Part shown: positions 1-9,417 of the stretch, in pieces | Layout: each line of letters opens with the position of its first letter | How positions within the stretch are numbered: position 1 is the first letter of the stretch | Assembly: GCA_001784435.1 (NCBI GenBank) | Contig: MFQZ01000001.1 | Span: 16,032-80,031, forward strand | Origin: Candidatus Magasanikbacteria bacterium RIFOXYC2_FULL_42_28 | GTDB lineage: Bacteria > Patescibacteriota > Patescibacteriia > Magasanikbacterales > GWA2-37-8 | Length of the DNA stretch: 64,000 bases | Direction of reading: 5' to 3' | The notes under the pieces: model-generated | Seen by the model: only the letters and a program-made list of their open reading frames with translations | Told to the model about the DNA's origin: nothing | The model's database searches: none | Position numbers and translations under genes: made by a program

Positions 1-96
1 TTTTACTATTATCTTCAACTCTAATCGCGTCGGTCTGCGGATGCCCAATTTTCTCCAACCACTCGGTCAAAGATATTTGTGTTTGGTATAATTTGG

Positions 97-813
97 TTAG
101 GTCCATATATTATGCTTCTTTAAAACAATCTCTCGCGCCACTTCGTATTCCTTCACATCTTTTATTTTAAACGGTAATTTAAAAAATATTTTTGGAAGCC
201 AGCCACTCATTCCCTTTCGGCCACGGACGATTTTAGAATATAGACACTCTGACAAATATATTCCGATTTTATTTTTTTCAAACATCGTGAGCCACAAATC
301 CCAGTCCTGGAATCTTTTGAGCGCGGGATCAAAACCGCAAAAATCTTTCATGCGAATAAGCGAGGTGGTATCAATGTAATTTTGTTTTTTTAACGCGCCA
401 GCATCAAACTCTTGGCTCGGCATTTTTTTCCAACCAAATTTATAATCGCAATACACATAACTATTTTCCGGATTTTTTTCTAAAACTTCCACCATTTTTG
501 CGAGCATTTCCGGCTGAGCAATGGTATCCGCATCCCAAAAAATTACATACTCACCATTTGCCTCTTTAAACCCACAATTACGCGCGACCGGAGCGCCTTG
601 GTTAGTTTGGTTAATAATTTTAATATTTAGACGTAAAAACTTTTCATCTGCCAAAATTTTTTTAATTTCCTCGCCAAAATTATCAGCACTGCCATCATTA
701 ACAATAATTACCTCCAAATTTTTATAGGTTTGGCAACGCAAAGAATCCAAACTTTTAATCAAAGTTTTGGCGTGATTATAAACAGGAATAATTACGGAAA
801 TTAGTTTAAACAT
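97..813 (-). CDS. Glycosyltransferase family 2
   Basis: N-terminal IIPVYN...DGSAD motif typical of GT-A fold family 2 glycosyltransferases; 238-aa ORF. Confidence 0.7.
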   Translation of the reverse strand: MFKLISVIIPVYNHAKTLIKSLDSLRCQTYKNLEVIIVNDGSADNFGEEIKKILADEKFLRLNIKIINQTNQGAPVARNCGFKEANGEYVIFWDADTIAQPEMLAKMVEVLEKNPENSYVYCDYKFGWKKMPSQEFDAGALKKQNYIDTTSLIRMKDFCGFDPALKRFQDWDLWLTMFEKNKIGIYLSECLYSKIVRGRKGMSGWLPKIFFKLPFKIKDVKEYEVAREIVLKKHNIWT

Positions 814-838
814 GATGAAAATATTGGATATTTGGTAT

Positions 839-866
839 TTGGATTTGATTTGACATTGGAAATTTG
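839..866. repeat. Solo copy of recurrent AT-rich motif TTGGATTTGATTTGACATTGGAAATTTG (contains TTGACA; TATAAT 16 nt downstream at 872-877 on plus strand)
   Basis: Same ~28-45 nt motif also at 31911-32025 (as inverted pair) and 60246-60288, each next to the start of a minus-strand gene. Confidence 0.5.
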
Positions 867-870
867 ATAT

Positions 871-1734
871 TTATAATATCACACTCTCCCGATCCTGCCC
901 CTTGGGTGGTAAAATATACAAATCGGTACGACCATACTCATCTAACCCAATCCCCTCACCTTGGCCAGATAGAACGGCCAGAAGGGGCTTGCAGTAACGA
1001 CAGGACTCGCCTTCCGGGCATTTAAAGCGATTTAACTGGCGGGCCAATTTCATTTGCATTGCCACATCCAAAACTCGCTTTTTGGACTCGGCTAAATCCG
1101 GCAAGGGCTTTTCAGTTAATTCATCATTAGTTTCCAAATACCAATAACTGGCCTTGGTCACTTGCCGTTTTTGGCAGTTGGTGACTAATAGATTATAAAT
1201 CGGCAATTGGAGCGACGCTTCGTCCTCTTCGCTTTTCCCGGTTTTAAAATCCACGATGTGAACGCTGTCGGTCTCGGGCAAATATTCCAGCCAGTCAATT
1301 TTCCCACACAAAATTATCCCCTCCTCTTCGGACAACCAATAATAAGGTAAGTCTTCTTTAATTTTTACCGCCGGTTTTTTTAAAATTCCCGGATGATTAT
1401 ACGCGCGTCGCAACATTTCTTCACCGCGCGCCCGATATTTATTTTCTGTCGTCTCATCCCAAAATCCACCGCGCTTACCGGAAAATTTTGGCCACAAGTC
1501 ATGAAATTTATCCAAAAGAGATAAATCAAAGCGCTTATCAGTCGGCAAGACCGAAATTGATTCTAACACTTCGTGTACTGCCGACCCCAAAGCCAGCGCC
1601 GGCGCCATTACTTTTATTTTATGATTTGTTTTGGGATCCTTGTAAACATTTTGATAATAATACAATTGCGGACATTTCAAAAAATCACTGGAAGACGAGT
1701 GTGAGACCCACACGGCGGAAAATTTATCAGGCAT
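871..1734 (-). CDS. PD-(D/E)XK nuclease family protein, Cas4/RecB-like with Cys cluster
   Basis: IVDFKTGK motif (D...E.K core), N-terminal Cys plus C-terminal CPEGESCRYC cluster resembling Cas4/AddB Fe-S nuclease domains; no CRISPR array nearby. Confidence 0.55.
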   Translation of the reverse strand: MPDKFSAVWVSHSSSSDFLKCPQLYYYQNVYKDPKTNHKIKVMAPALALGSAVHEVLESISVLPTDKRFDLSLLDKFHDLWPKFSGKRGGFWDETTENKYRARGEEMLRRAYNHPGILKKPAVKIKEDLPYYWLSEEEGIILCGKIDWLEYLPETDSVHIVDFKTGKSEEDEASLQLPIYNLLVTNCQKRQVTKASYWYLETNDELTEKPLPDLAESKKRVLDVAMQMKLARQLNRFKCPEGESCRYCKPLLAVLSGQGEGIGLDEYGRTDLYILPPKGQDRESVIL

Positions 1735-1869
1735 AATTTATAATTAAAGATTGAAGAATAAAGAATAAAGAATAAATAATTAACTAATTCACTAATTTCT
1801 AATTCGCTAATATAATGCCAAAGTAATTTAAGAATTTATAATTTTATTAGTTAATTAGTGAATTAGGAC

Positions 1870-3297
1870 TTAGCAAATTTTCGCAAACAATCGTTTTAAC
1901 AAATCTCTATCAACTGCGCCAAAAACAAATAATAAAATACCATATATAATCGCCACCAACGGAATAACAATCATAAAACTAATTTTGACGATTGATAAAT
2001 AGGCGATAACACCCATAATTACCGCCGGAATAAATGTCCGCCATAAATATTTCCACAATTCCGCGTAAGGTAAAATTATTTTTTTAGCGACGAGAATGGT
2101 ACCGGCGATTGCTAAAAACCCATTGCCGATAACGGCCGAAATCGCCGCGCCGACAATTCCCCAAATTGGAATCAAAATCAAATTTGAGATAACGCTCACA
2201 GTCAAAGCGGCTAATAACAAACCGGTTTGAGTTTTTTGTCTATCAGTGGCGTTTAAGGTGGCGCCGGTAACAAAACCCACATAGCCGAATATCAAACTTA
2301 GCAACAAAATTCTAAGCACCAGAACCGACGGTGCGTATTGCGCTCCGTAAATTGTGGTCAAGGTCGGGTAAGCCACGGCCGACAAGCCGAACGCCAAGGG
2401 AAAAACTACGGCGAATAAATAGCGCGTGGCTTTTACAAATAATTCGCCAACGCGGGCGCGATCAGTAATAAAAAATGAACTCATCGCCGGATAAACACTC
2501 GCCGTCAGGGCCGCCGGAATAAATTGGAACGCAAAAGTTATTTTAAAGGGCACGCTCCAATAACCCAACTCTGTCGGCGATAATAATTTTGACATTATAA
2601 TTGAATCAGAATAAGAATATAAACGCGTAATTAATCCCGCGATTGCAAACGGCCAAGCCATTACTAAAAATTTTTGTAATAATCCAAAATCAATTTTAGG
2701 AATAACTGGCGCGCCTAAAATTCTCCTTGCCATGAAGCCGGCATAAATTGCATTTACGCCAGCTGGTATTGTGTACGCCAAGATTAACCAATACAACGGA
2801 GCACCTAAATACAAGGCAACGCCGCCGATTATAGCGGTCAAAAATTGCGAACCGATTAAACCGGCGCCTTCAAACAACAAATTTTTCTTGGCGCGTAAAA
2901 TTCCATAAAAAGTGGCGTGAATATTATCAAAAAACATCGTGATGCCGGAAAGATAAATCATTGATTTTGTCAGCGCGTCGTAACCAAGCAAATTCGCGCA
3001 AATTATCAAAACTCCGTAAGAAATTACACCAAAAATTAATTTTGTGCCGAGAACGGTATTTAAATACGCGGAAGAATTAGTGTCAAAACGCGCGGCTTCG
3101 CGCGTCAAAACCGGACCCAAACCAAAATCGGCCACTACCGTAAAAATCGTGGTAAAAGCAATGGCAAAAAAATACACGCCGGTATTTTCCACACCAATCG
3201 CTCGCGCGATAAAAATAAAATAAACAAAAGAAATCGCCCGCTGTAAAACCGCGGCCACGGTTAAAAAGGTAGTATTTTGTGAAACTGAATAGGACAT
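1870..3297 (-). CDS. MOP-superfamily flippase (MurJ/Wzx-like polysaccharide or lipid II flippase)
   Basis: 475-aa polytopic membrane protein with the hydrophobic profile of the polysaccharide-biosynthesis/MurJ family; adjacent to two FemAB-family genes. Confidence 0.6.
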   Translation of the reverse strand: MSYSVSQNTTFLTVAAVLQRAISFVYFIFIARAIGVENTGVYFFAIAFTTIFTVVADFGLGPVLTREAARFDTNSSAYLNTVLGTKLIFGVISYGVLIICANLLGYDALTKSMIYLSGITMFFDNIHATFYGILRAKKNLLFEGAGLIGSQFLTAIIGGVALYLGAPLYWLILAYTIPAGVNAIYAGFMARRILGAPVIPKIDFGLLQKFLVMAWPFAIAGLITRLYSYSDSIIMSKLLSPTELGYWSVPFKITFAFQFIPAALTASVYPAMSSFFITDRARVGELFVKATRYLFAVVFPLAFGLSAVAYPTLTTIYGAQYAPSVLVLRILLLSLIFGYVGFVTGATLNATDRQKTQTGLLLAALTVSVISNLILIPIWGIVGAAISAVIGNGFLAIAGTILVAKKIILPYAELWKYLWRTFIPAVIMGVIAYLSIVKISFMIVIPLVAIIYGILLFVFGAVDRDLLKRLFAKIC

Positions 3298-3298
3298 A

Positions 3299-4312
3299 TT
3301 AACAACGCAAACGACGAATTAAACAATAAATTAAATAAATAGTCGAACGCAAAGGCAAATCAAAGGTACCAGGATCTTCGTGATAGGTGGCGTTAAAACC
3401 GACTTTAAATCGCGAAACGCCGGCGTAGCGATGCGTCGGATCATACTGATAGGCACCGCCGTTGGAAACATTGGGCGCGACGCCAAAAAAATCATAAAAT
3501 TTATACCCAGTCGATTTTGCAAATTTAATCGCTTCCCACTGCGCCAAATACGGCGCCATTAATTGGCGATATTCGTGGTCAGACGCGCCGTATAAATAAT
3601 AAATTGTTTCGCCAAATCCAAACAAACAAACTGATGCTAAAGCGACATCATTATCAAAAATAGTAATTTGTGTGACCGCCGGATGACTCACGGCGACGTG
3701 ATAGGTTGATTCGGGGTGCAAAATAAAATTGTCGCGCTCGCCGGTCTTTTTAAATAAATCCCAAAATACTTTAAAATTTTTCGCGCGCGAAACAATCAGA
3801 TTTTTTCGCTGCGCCAAATTTATATTATAACGTGTCTTGGGGTGAAATGATTTTAAAATTTCGTCTTCATTTTTTATTAAATCCAATATCATGGTTGCTG
3901 GTGGGTTGATATCGGTAATTAACTTCATCCTCTTCTTAATATTCGATGAAAAAAAATCCAATATTGTCGGCTCTAACCGAACAAACACACATCCTTTTTC
4001 ATGCAGATAATTAAATAATCCGTTAAGGGATTCCTCCGCTCCCTGCGACGGTCGGTCGGAATGACAGTGAAAAACCGGCCCCTTGTGAATTTGAGCGTAT
4101 TTAAATCCCAAGAATAAATTCTTATAAACTACCTGCGCTAGTAATTTTACCTCACCTTCTTCAACTAACAAACGTTCAACTTTTTGCCCGATTGATTCCA
4201 AAATTTCTCCCCATTCAAACGATTGCAAAAAATTAGCCGACGCTGAATTTGCCAACTTATTCCATTCATTTTTGTCGGTAATTATTTTAATCATATTAGC
4301 GATCGCAACCAC
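3299..4312 (-). CDS. FemAB-family peptidoglycan bridge-forming aminoacyltransferase (paralog 1)
   Basis: 337 aa; C-terminal FKxGFN/YDFFG-like region and overall architecture resembling FemX/FemAB family; tandem with a paralog. Confidence 0.55.
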   Translation of the reverse strand: MVAIANMIKIITDKNEWNKLANSASANFLQSFEWGEILESIGQKVERLLVEEGEVKLLAQVVYKNLFLGFKYAQIHKGPVFHCHSDRPSQGAEESLNGLFNYLHEKGCVFVRLEPTILDFFSSNIKKRMKLITDINPPATMILDLIKNEDEILKSFHPKTRYNINLAQRKNLIVSRAKNFKVFWDLFKKTGERDNFILHPESTYHVAVSHPAVTQITIFDNDVALASVCLFGFGETIYYLYGASDHEYRQLMAPYLAQWEAIKFAKSTGYKFYDFFGVAPNVSNGGAYQYDPTHRYAGVSRFKVGFNATYHEDPGTFDLPLRSTIYLIYCLIRRLRC

Positions 4313-5280
4313 CGTTGAAAATTATATAAACGATATCGCCACGGACAAGCTACTAAATCATGCGTCCCGGGACGTTCCACAATTTTTCCGCCAAAACCAA
4401 GTTTAAATTTAGTAAAACCGGCGTAACGATGAACGCGATTATAATCATAATCAGTTCCGACAGTGATAACGCGTGGGGCAATACCAAAAAAATCATAGTA
4501 TCGCAAACCCTCCGCGCGCGCTAAGGAGATTATTTTTTCTTGAATTAAATACGAAGCTGACAAATGCCCGTGCCGACGCGAAGCGGCCGCGAATAAATAA
4601 ACAAGCATATCTCCCCATTGCCAAAATATCGCAGACGCCACCGGCTCGTTACCATGATACGCGACTAATTGACGACTGGACGCGCTCGCTAAAATTTTTT
4701 CATAGTGAATCTGCGGATGAGTTAAAAAATCATCATGGCGTGAAACTTCCTTAAGCAACGACCAAAATATTCCCAGGTTTTTTCCGACCACCACGCTTAC
4801 GCCCCGCTTGTTCGCCTGGTTGATTTCGTAGCGAGTTTTTTTATCTAAATTTTCCAAATACTTTTCTTGACTGCCAATTAATTCCAAAACCAAAGTTGTG
4901 CTGGGATTAACATCTCTAACTTTTTTCATGGTAACCGCGCCCGGAACCAACTCCGGTTCAATACGTAAAAATATATAGCCGGCGTTTCGCGCCCAATTTT
5001 GCAATAACTCATAAATTCGCACCCGAATATCTTTGGCCAAACCGCGTTTTAACACCGGCCCATTCGGACAAAATCCATATTTTAATCCCAATGGCAAACG
5101 CGCTTCCATAATTTGCGCCATTGCTAAAATCTCTTCGCCTTCTACCAAAGCCAGACGCCTGACTTTTTTACCCTCGGATAACAAAACTTCACCCCAATCC
5201 CAAGATTGCGGAAAAGTGGCGCCGAGCGTTAACAAAAAACTATCCCAATCGTCTTTTTTGGTGACCTCTTTCATTTCCAT
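4291..5280 (-). CDS. FemAB-family peptidoglycan bridge-forming aminoacyltransferase (paralog 2)
   Basis: 329 aa; collinear similarity to upstream paralog (WGEVL, YDFFG, RYAGF motifs shared). Confidence 0.55.
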   Translation of the reverse strand: MEMKEVTKKDDWDSFLLTLGATFPQSWDWGEVLLSEGKKVRRLALVEGEEILAMAQIMEARLPLGLKYGFCPNGPVLKRGLAKDIRVRIYELLQNWARNAGYIFLRIEPELVPGAVTMKKVRDVNPSTTLVLELIGSQEKYLENLDKKTRYEINQANKRGVSVVVGKNLGIFWSLLKEVSRHDDFLTHPQIHYEKILASASSRQLVAYHGNEPVASAIFWQWGDMLVYLFAAASRRHGHLSASYLIQEKIISLARAEGLRYYDFFGIAPRVITVGTDYDYNRVHRYAGFTKFKLGFGGKIVERPGTHDLVACPWRYRLYNFQRWLRSLI

Positions 5281-5350
5281 AACAACTCTATTTTAACATA
5301 AAAAACAGACCTTGTAAAAGGCCTGCTTATTCGTGTAAATTCGTGGTTCA

Positions 5351-5746
5351 TTAACGTTTGGACCACTGCGGTGCGCGCCGAGCTTTTTTCAAACCAAATT
5401 TCTTTCTTTCTTTGATGCGCGGATCGCGTGTCAATAGTCCCACTGATTTTAAGGTCTTTTTTACGGTCTCATCTTCTTTAACTAGGGCGCGCGCGACACC
5501 CAAACAAATTGCTGTGGCCTGGCCTTTTTTCCCGCCACCGGCTACTTTCGTGGACAAATCATAGGCCTTTTCTTTACCAAGCAATTTAAGCGGTTGTAAA
5601 ACAATATCTTGTAATTCGGCATAAGTAAAATACTGCGCGAACTCCATGCCATTTACCGTTATTTTGCCGGTCCCCCGCTCCAAACGCACGCGCGCGGAAG
5701 CGCGTTTGCGCCGACCGATAGTACGATTCTTTATATCAGCAGTCAT
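5351..5746 (-). CDS. rpsI: 30S ribosomal protein S9
   Basis: C-terminal GGGKKGQAxAI...GLKKARRAPQWSKR signature of S9. Confidence 0.95.
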   Translation of the reverse strand: MTADIKNRTIGRRKRASARVRLERGTGKITVNGMEFAQYFTYAELQDIVLQPLKLLGKEKAYDLSTKVAGGGKKGQATAICLGVARALVKEDETVKKTLKSVGLLTRDPRIKERKKFGLKKARRAPQWSKR

Positions 5747-5748
5747 AA

Positions 5749-6105
5749 TTATTTTGTTTTAAATGTCAATCTATTCAAACGTCCAGCGCGCAATTTATTT
5801 TTTGGCAACATTTTTATCACCGCGTGGCGGACAACTTCTTCCGGGTTCTCTTTTAAAACTTTTTTCAACGGAATTTCTTTCAAACCGCCCGGATGCATGG
5901 AGTGATGTCGAAAAAGTTTCTGATCTATTTTTTTACCGGTCAAAACAATGCCGGCCGAGTTTTCTACTACCACTTTATCACCACCATCCACATGCGGTTC
6001 ATAGGTGGCTTTGTGCTTGCCCATAAGTACGGTCGCGATTTTGGTCGCGAGCCGTCCCGGTTTTTCACCAGTGGCGTCAAAAACTACTGTCTTTCTTTTG
6101 GACAT
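5749..6105 (-). CDS. rplM: 50S ribosomal protein L13
   Basis: MSKRKTVVFDATGEKPGRLAT...L13 N-terminal signature; immediately upstream of rpsI as in the conserved L13-S9 operon. Confidence 0.9.
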   Translation of the reverse strand: MSKRKTVVFDATGEKPGRLATKIATVLMGKHKATYEPHVDGGDKVVVENSAGIVLTGKKIDQKLFRHHSMHPGGLKEIPLKKVLKENPEEVVRHAVIKMLPKNKLRAGRLNRLTFKTK

Positions 6106-6116
6106 ATCTTGTACAA

Positions 6117-6467
6117 TTAAACTAATTCAATAACCGACTGCTCGCCGCCATCACCGCGACGCACGCCGATTTTAGTAATTCTGGTATAACCACCTTGACG
6201 GTCAGCATAACGCGGACCGATTACCTCCATCATTTTTTTAATCACCTTAGCGGTATATAAAAATGTCCCCAAATAACGGCGGGCGGCCAAATTATTCTGT
6301 TTGGCCTTAGTGATAAGGCGCTCCGCTAACGGACGCAAGGCCTTGGCTTTGCCGGTGGTGGTAGTAATCTTTTCGTACAACACCAAACTTTCCACCAAAT
6401 TGGCGAGAAGTGAACGGCGTGCCGCTGTTTTACGGCCTAATGTTATTTTTTTCTTTTGATGACGCAT
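6117..6467 (-). CDS. rplQ: 50S ribosomal protein L17
   Basis: MRHQKKKITLGRKTAARRSLLANLV N-terminus matches L17 family; follows rpoA as in alpha operon. Confidence 0.9.
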   Translation of the reverse strand: MRHQKKKITLGRKTAARRSLLANLVESLVLYEKITTTTGKAKALRPLAERLITKAKQNNLAARRYLGTFLYTAKVIKKMMEVIGPRYADRQGGYTRITKIGVRRGDGGEQSVIELV

Positions 6468-6478
6468 ATCTTACAAAA

Positions 6479-7303
6479 TTACTTTTTCTTAGCGGTTTTC
6501 TTTTTAACACTTTTTTCTTTTTTATCCACTTTTTCTTCGGTTTCAATTTTACCTTCGGCCACTTCGGGGTCAACATCAGGTTTTTCCATGGTCATTTCCG
6601 ATTGATTCATCCCATCTTTTAAACTACCGAGCACAGTGGAAAAATGATCAATCAATATCTGCGTTGCTTGGGCAGCAGCTGACTGTGGGGTGATAGTGCC
6701 GTCAGTTTCAATATTTAATACTAATTTCTCGTAGTTAGTAATATCCCCCAAACGAGTATATTCAACTTTATAGCCGACATCTTTAATCGGAGAATAAACC
6801 GAATCAATTAAAATCGTGCCTAATTCATTATTATCTTTATTTTTTTCTTCCACCGGTTTATAACCACGGCCCCGACCGACGGTAATTTCCATTTCCAAAC
6901 CCTTGGTACCGGTCAAATTGCAAATAACCAAATCTTTGTTAATCACTTCCACATCGGCATTTTTTTCAATATCAGCGCCCGTAACCGGACCTTTGCCTTT
7001 TTTAACCAAATTTAATTTCACCGGCTCATCGGAATAAACACGAACCGACAACTGTTTTAAATTTAAGATAATTTCCACGACGTCTTCTTTTACGCCTTCA
7101 ACCGCGGAAAATTCATGGGACACGCCCCGAATTTTGAATGACTCTACCGAAGAACCCGGCAAAGAAGAGAGCAACACCCGGCGAAGCGCGTTACCGAGAG
7201 TGGTGCCATAGCCATGGTAACACGGCATCACGGTAAGCGAACCGGAAAACTCATCAGCACCCGGCTGAAATTCTATTTTTGATGGCAATAAGAAATTTTC
7301 CAT
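6479..7303 (-). CDS. rpoA: DNA-directed RNA polymerase alpha subunit, NTD only with lysine-rich tail (no recognizable alpha-CTD)
   Basis: N-terminal dimerisation/assembly domain motifs (GYGTTLGNALRRVLLSS); protein is only 274 aa and ends in KKEKSVKKKTAKKK instead of the ~80-aa alpha-CTD. Confidence 0.85.
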   Translation of the reverse strand: MENFLLPSKIEFQPGADEFSGSLTVMPCYHGYGTTLGNALRRVLLSSLPGSSVESFKIRGVSHEFSAVEGVKEDVVEIILNLKQLSVRVYSDEPVKLNLVKKGKGPVTGADIEKNADVEVINKDLVICNLTGTKGLEMEITVGRGRGYKPVEEKNKDNNELGTILIDSVYSPIKDVGYKVEYTRLGDITNYEKLVLNIETDGTITPQSAAAQATQILIDHFSTVLGSLKDGMNQSEMTMEKPDVDPEVAEGKIETEEKVDKKEKSVKKKTAKKK

Positions 7304-7312
7304 ACAAAAAAA

Positions 7313-7921
7313 TTAACGAGAATAAAATTCAACAATTGATTTAGCGTTGAATGGCTGGCCGGACAGGGTTGGATTATTTAAAATTTTAGCCGACAAGGCC
7401 TTGACGTCCAAACCGATCCAGGCCGGGGGTTCAACTTTATTTAACCCCTCTTTTAAAATTTCAACGATTTTTTTGTTAACTGATTTTTCATAAATTGCCA
7501 CGGTATCGCCCACTTTAACACGGTAAGAAGGAATGTTAACTTTTTGACCGTTCACGCTTACGTGACCATGGCCGACGAGTTGTCGACCGGCCGCGCGTGA
7601 ACTGGCAAACCCGGCGCGATAAGCGACATTGTCCAAACGTGATTCCAAATATTGAATCACAAACACGCCGGTATCACCGGTTTTCTTTGACGCTTCCGCC
7701 ACATAATTAGAAAACTGACGTTCTAAAATTCCGTAAAGACGTTTAACTTTTTGTTTTTCCAACAACTGCTTACCGTAGCCGGAAACTTTGGGACGGCGCT
7801 TAGACACACCGTGCACACCGGGCGGATAACTGCGTTTCGTTACCGGACATTTCGGAGAATCACAAAGTTTCTCGCCATACTTGCGACACAATTTATGTTT
7901 TGGTCTTAAATCTCTACCCAT
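7313..7921 (-). CDS. rpsD: 30S ribosomal protein S4
   Basis: MGRDLRPKHKLCRKYGEKLC... zinc-ribbon-like N-terminus and S4 domain; alpha operon position. Confidence 0.9.
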   Translation of the reverse strand: MGRDLRPKHKLCRKYGEKLCDSPKCPVTKRSYPPGVHGVSKRRPKVSGYGKQLLEKQKVKRLYGILERQFSNYVAEASKKTGDTGVFVIQYLESRLDNVAYRAGFASSRAAGRQLVGHGHVSVNGQKVNIPSYRVKVGDTVAIYEKSVNKKIVEILKEGLNKVEPPAWIGLDVKALSAKILNNPTLSGQPFNAKSIVEFYSR

Positions 7922-7941
7922 AACAAAAAAATTAAAGTAAT

Positions 7942-8394
7942 TTAGACGCGACGGCGTTTAGGAGGCCGACAGCCGTTGTGAGGAATCGGGGTAACATCGT
8001 TAATCGCTACCACATTCAAACCGTGAGTATGTAAAGCGCGAATCGCGCCTTCGCGACCACCACCTACTCCTTTTATAAACACACTCACTTCTTTGATACC
8101 ATAATCAACCACTTTATCAATGCAATCTTTGGCCACTTGCGAGGCGGCGTACGGAGTGGCTTTTTTGGGGCCTTTAAAACCAACTTTACCGGCGGATGAC
8201 CAACTCAAAACATTGCCGGTCGGATCGGCCAAAGTAATAATGGTATTATTGTAAGATGCTTGAACATAAGCGTGCGCGCGCGGAACTTGACGCACGGCTT
8301 TTTTCTTTTTGGTCTTGACCACTTTAGTCGCCGGCGCAGCCGCGTCAGTAACCGCTGGTTTAGTGGTGTCAGTTTTAATTTTTTCTTCGGACAT
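7942..8394 (-). CDS. rpsK: 30S ribosomal protein S11 with Lys/Ala-rich N-terminal extension
   Basis: C-terminal GLNVVAINDVTPIPHNGCRPPKRRRV signature of S11. Confidence 0.9.
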   Translation of the reverse strand: MSEEKIKTDTTKPAVTDAAAPATKVVKTKKKKAVRQVPRAHAYVQASYNNTIITLADPTGNVLSWSSAGKVGFKGPKKATPYAASQVAKDCIDKVVDYGIKEVSVFIKGVGGGREGAIRALHTHGLNVVAINDVTPIPHNGCRPPKRRRV

Positions 8395-8421
8395 ATATCA
8401 ATATATCAAAGTTGGGATAAA

Positions 8422-8805
8422 TTAAGTTTTTGTCTCTTTCTTCTTACCGGAAACAGCAGTTTTGCGCACATTACCACGCACGGTGCGGGAGTTAGTTTTG
8501 GTACGTTGACCACGAACCGGCAAATGCTTCATGTGGCGCAATCCAATATAACTTTTGATGTCTTTCAGCCGTTTAATGTTAAACATCACTTCCCGACGCA
8601 AATTGCCTTCAGTGGTATATTCTTTTTCCACAATATCGCGCAATAAATCTTCTTGAGCCGGAGTTAAATCCTTAACGCGGATATTCCAATCAATCTTGGC
8701 TTTTTCCAAAATTTTATTGGTGAGGGTCTGACCGATGCCGTAAACATAGTTCAACGACACGCCGATTTTTTTCTCCTTAGGGATATTTGTTCCTGCAATT
8801 CTCAT
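8422..8805 (-). CDS. rpsM: 30S ribosomal protein S13
   Basis: MRIAGTNIPKEKKIGVSLNYVYGIG N-terminus of S13; the longer ORF to 8880 overlaps rpmJ and is an artefactual extension. Confidence 0.9.
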   Translation of the reverse strand: MRIAGTNIPKEKKIGVSLNYVYGIGQTLTNKILEKAKIDWNIRVKDLTPAQEDLLRDIVEKEYTTEGNLRREVMFNIKRLKDIKSYIGLRHMKHLPVRGQRTKTNSRTVRGNVRKTAVSGKKKETKT

Positions 8806-8845
8806 AAAAACTTTATAAACTTTATGAACTTTAAAAACTTTTATT

Positions 8846-8959
8846 TTAACCTTGTCTTTGTTTATGTTTGGGATTAGCACAAATTACGCGCACCCGACCT
8901 TTGCGGCGCACGGTTTTACACTTTAAACAGATTTTTTTTACTGAAGCTTGTACTCTCAT
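8846..8959 (-). CDS. rpmJ: 50S ribosomal protein L36
   Basis: Manual translation of minus strand: [37 protein letters not shown], classic L36 zinc-ribbon (C-x2-C...C...H); not in the supplied ORF track because <60 aa. Confidence 0.9.
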   Translation of the reverse strand: MRVQASVKKICLKCKTVRRKGRVRVICANPKHKQRQG

Positions 8960-9101
8960 AATCGATTAAATAGAATTTTTTCATTTAAAAAACACCAACC
9001 ACTGCCGCGATATCAGCGCCGGATTCTTTTCTCCCGACTAAGTCGGGATACTGAATCCAACTACACCGCACTGGTTGATACTCCTTAATCTTAATTGAAT
9101 T

Positions 9102-9317
9102 TTAGAATCGAAATGTTATTCGTCCTTTGGTCAGATCGTAAGGCGTCATCTCTACTTTTACGCCATCGCCAATACTAAGACGAATTTTATTAAGGCGCAT
9201 TTTGCCCGACAAATGGGCGATTATTGTTTGGCCGCTTTCGAGGGTTACTCGAAAAGTACCAGCTGGCAATAATTCAGCAATCGTGCCTTTGATTTCAATT
9301 GTGTCTTGTTTTGACAT
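9102..9317 (-). CDS. infA: Translation initiation factor IF-1
   Basis: 71 aa S1-like OB fold, ...[34 protein letters not shown] matches IF-1. Confidence 0.9.
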   Translation of the reverse strand: MSKQDTIEIKGTIAELLPAGTFRVTLESGQTIIAHLSGKMRLNKIRLSIGDGVKVEMTPYDLTKGRITFRF

Positions 9318-9417
9318 TAATGAAATTTTCGTTCGGGGCTATTTTAAGCCAATTTTATTATTTTGTCAAGGGCGGGATGGCCTGTGGATAACATTTACTA
9401 CCGTTATTACAAACAAT

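Noticed and set aside
521-727. Numerous 60-140-aa ORFs antisense to or nested within longer genes (e.g. 521-727, 3331-3522, 8260-8646, 11036-11365, 29071-29490, 32368-32799, 34360-35034)
   Set aside because: They lie inside confidently assigned genes on the opposite strand or in other frames. They have low-complexity composition and no motifs. Considered six-frame noise.
8806-8880. N-terminal 25-codon extension of the rpsM ORF ([25 protein letters not shown])
   Set aside because: The S13 consensus N-terminus MRIAG starts at 8805. The extension overlaps the independently identified rpmJ gene in another frame.
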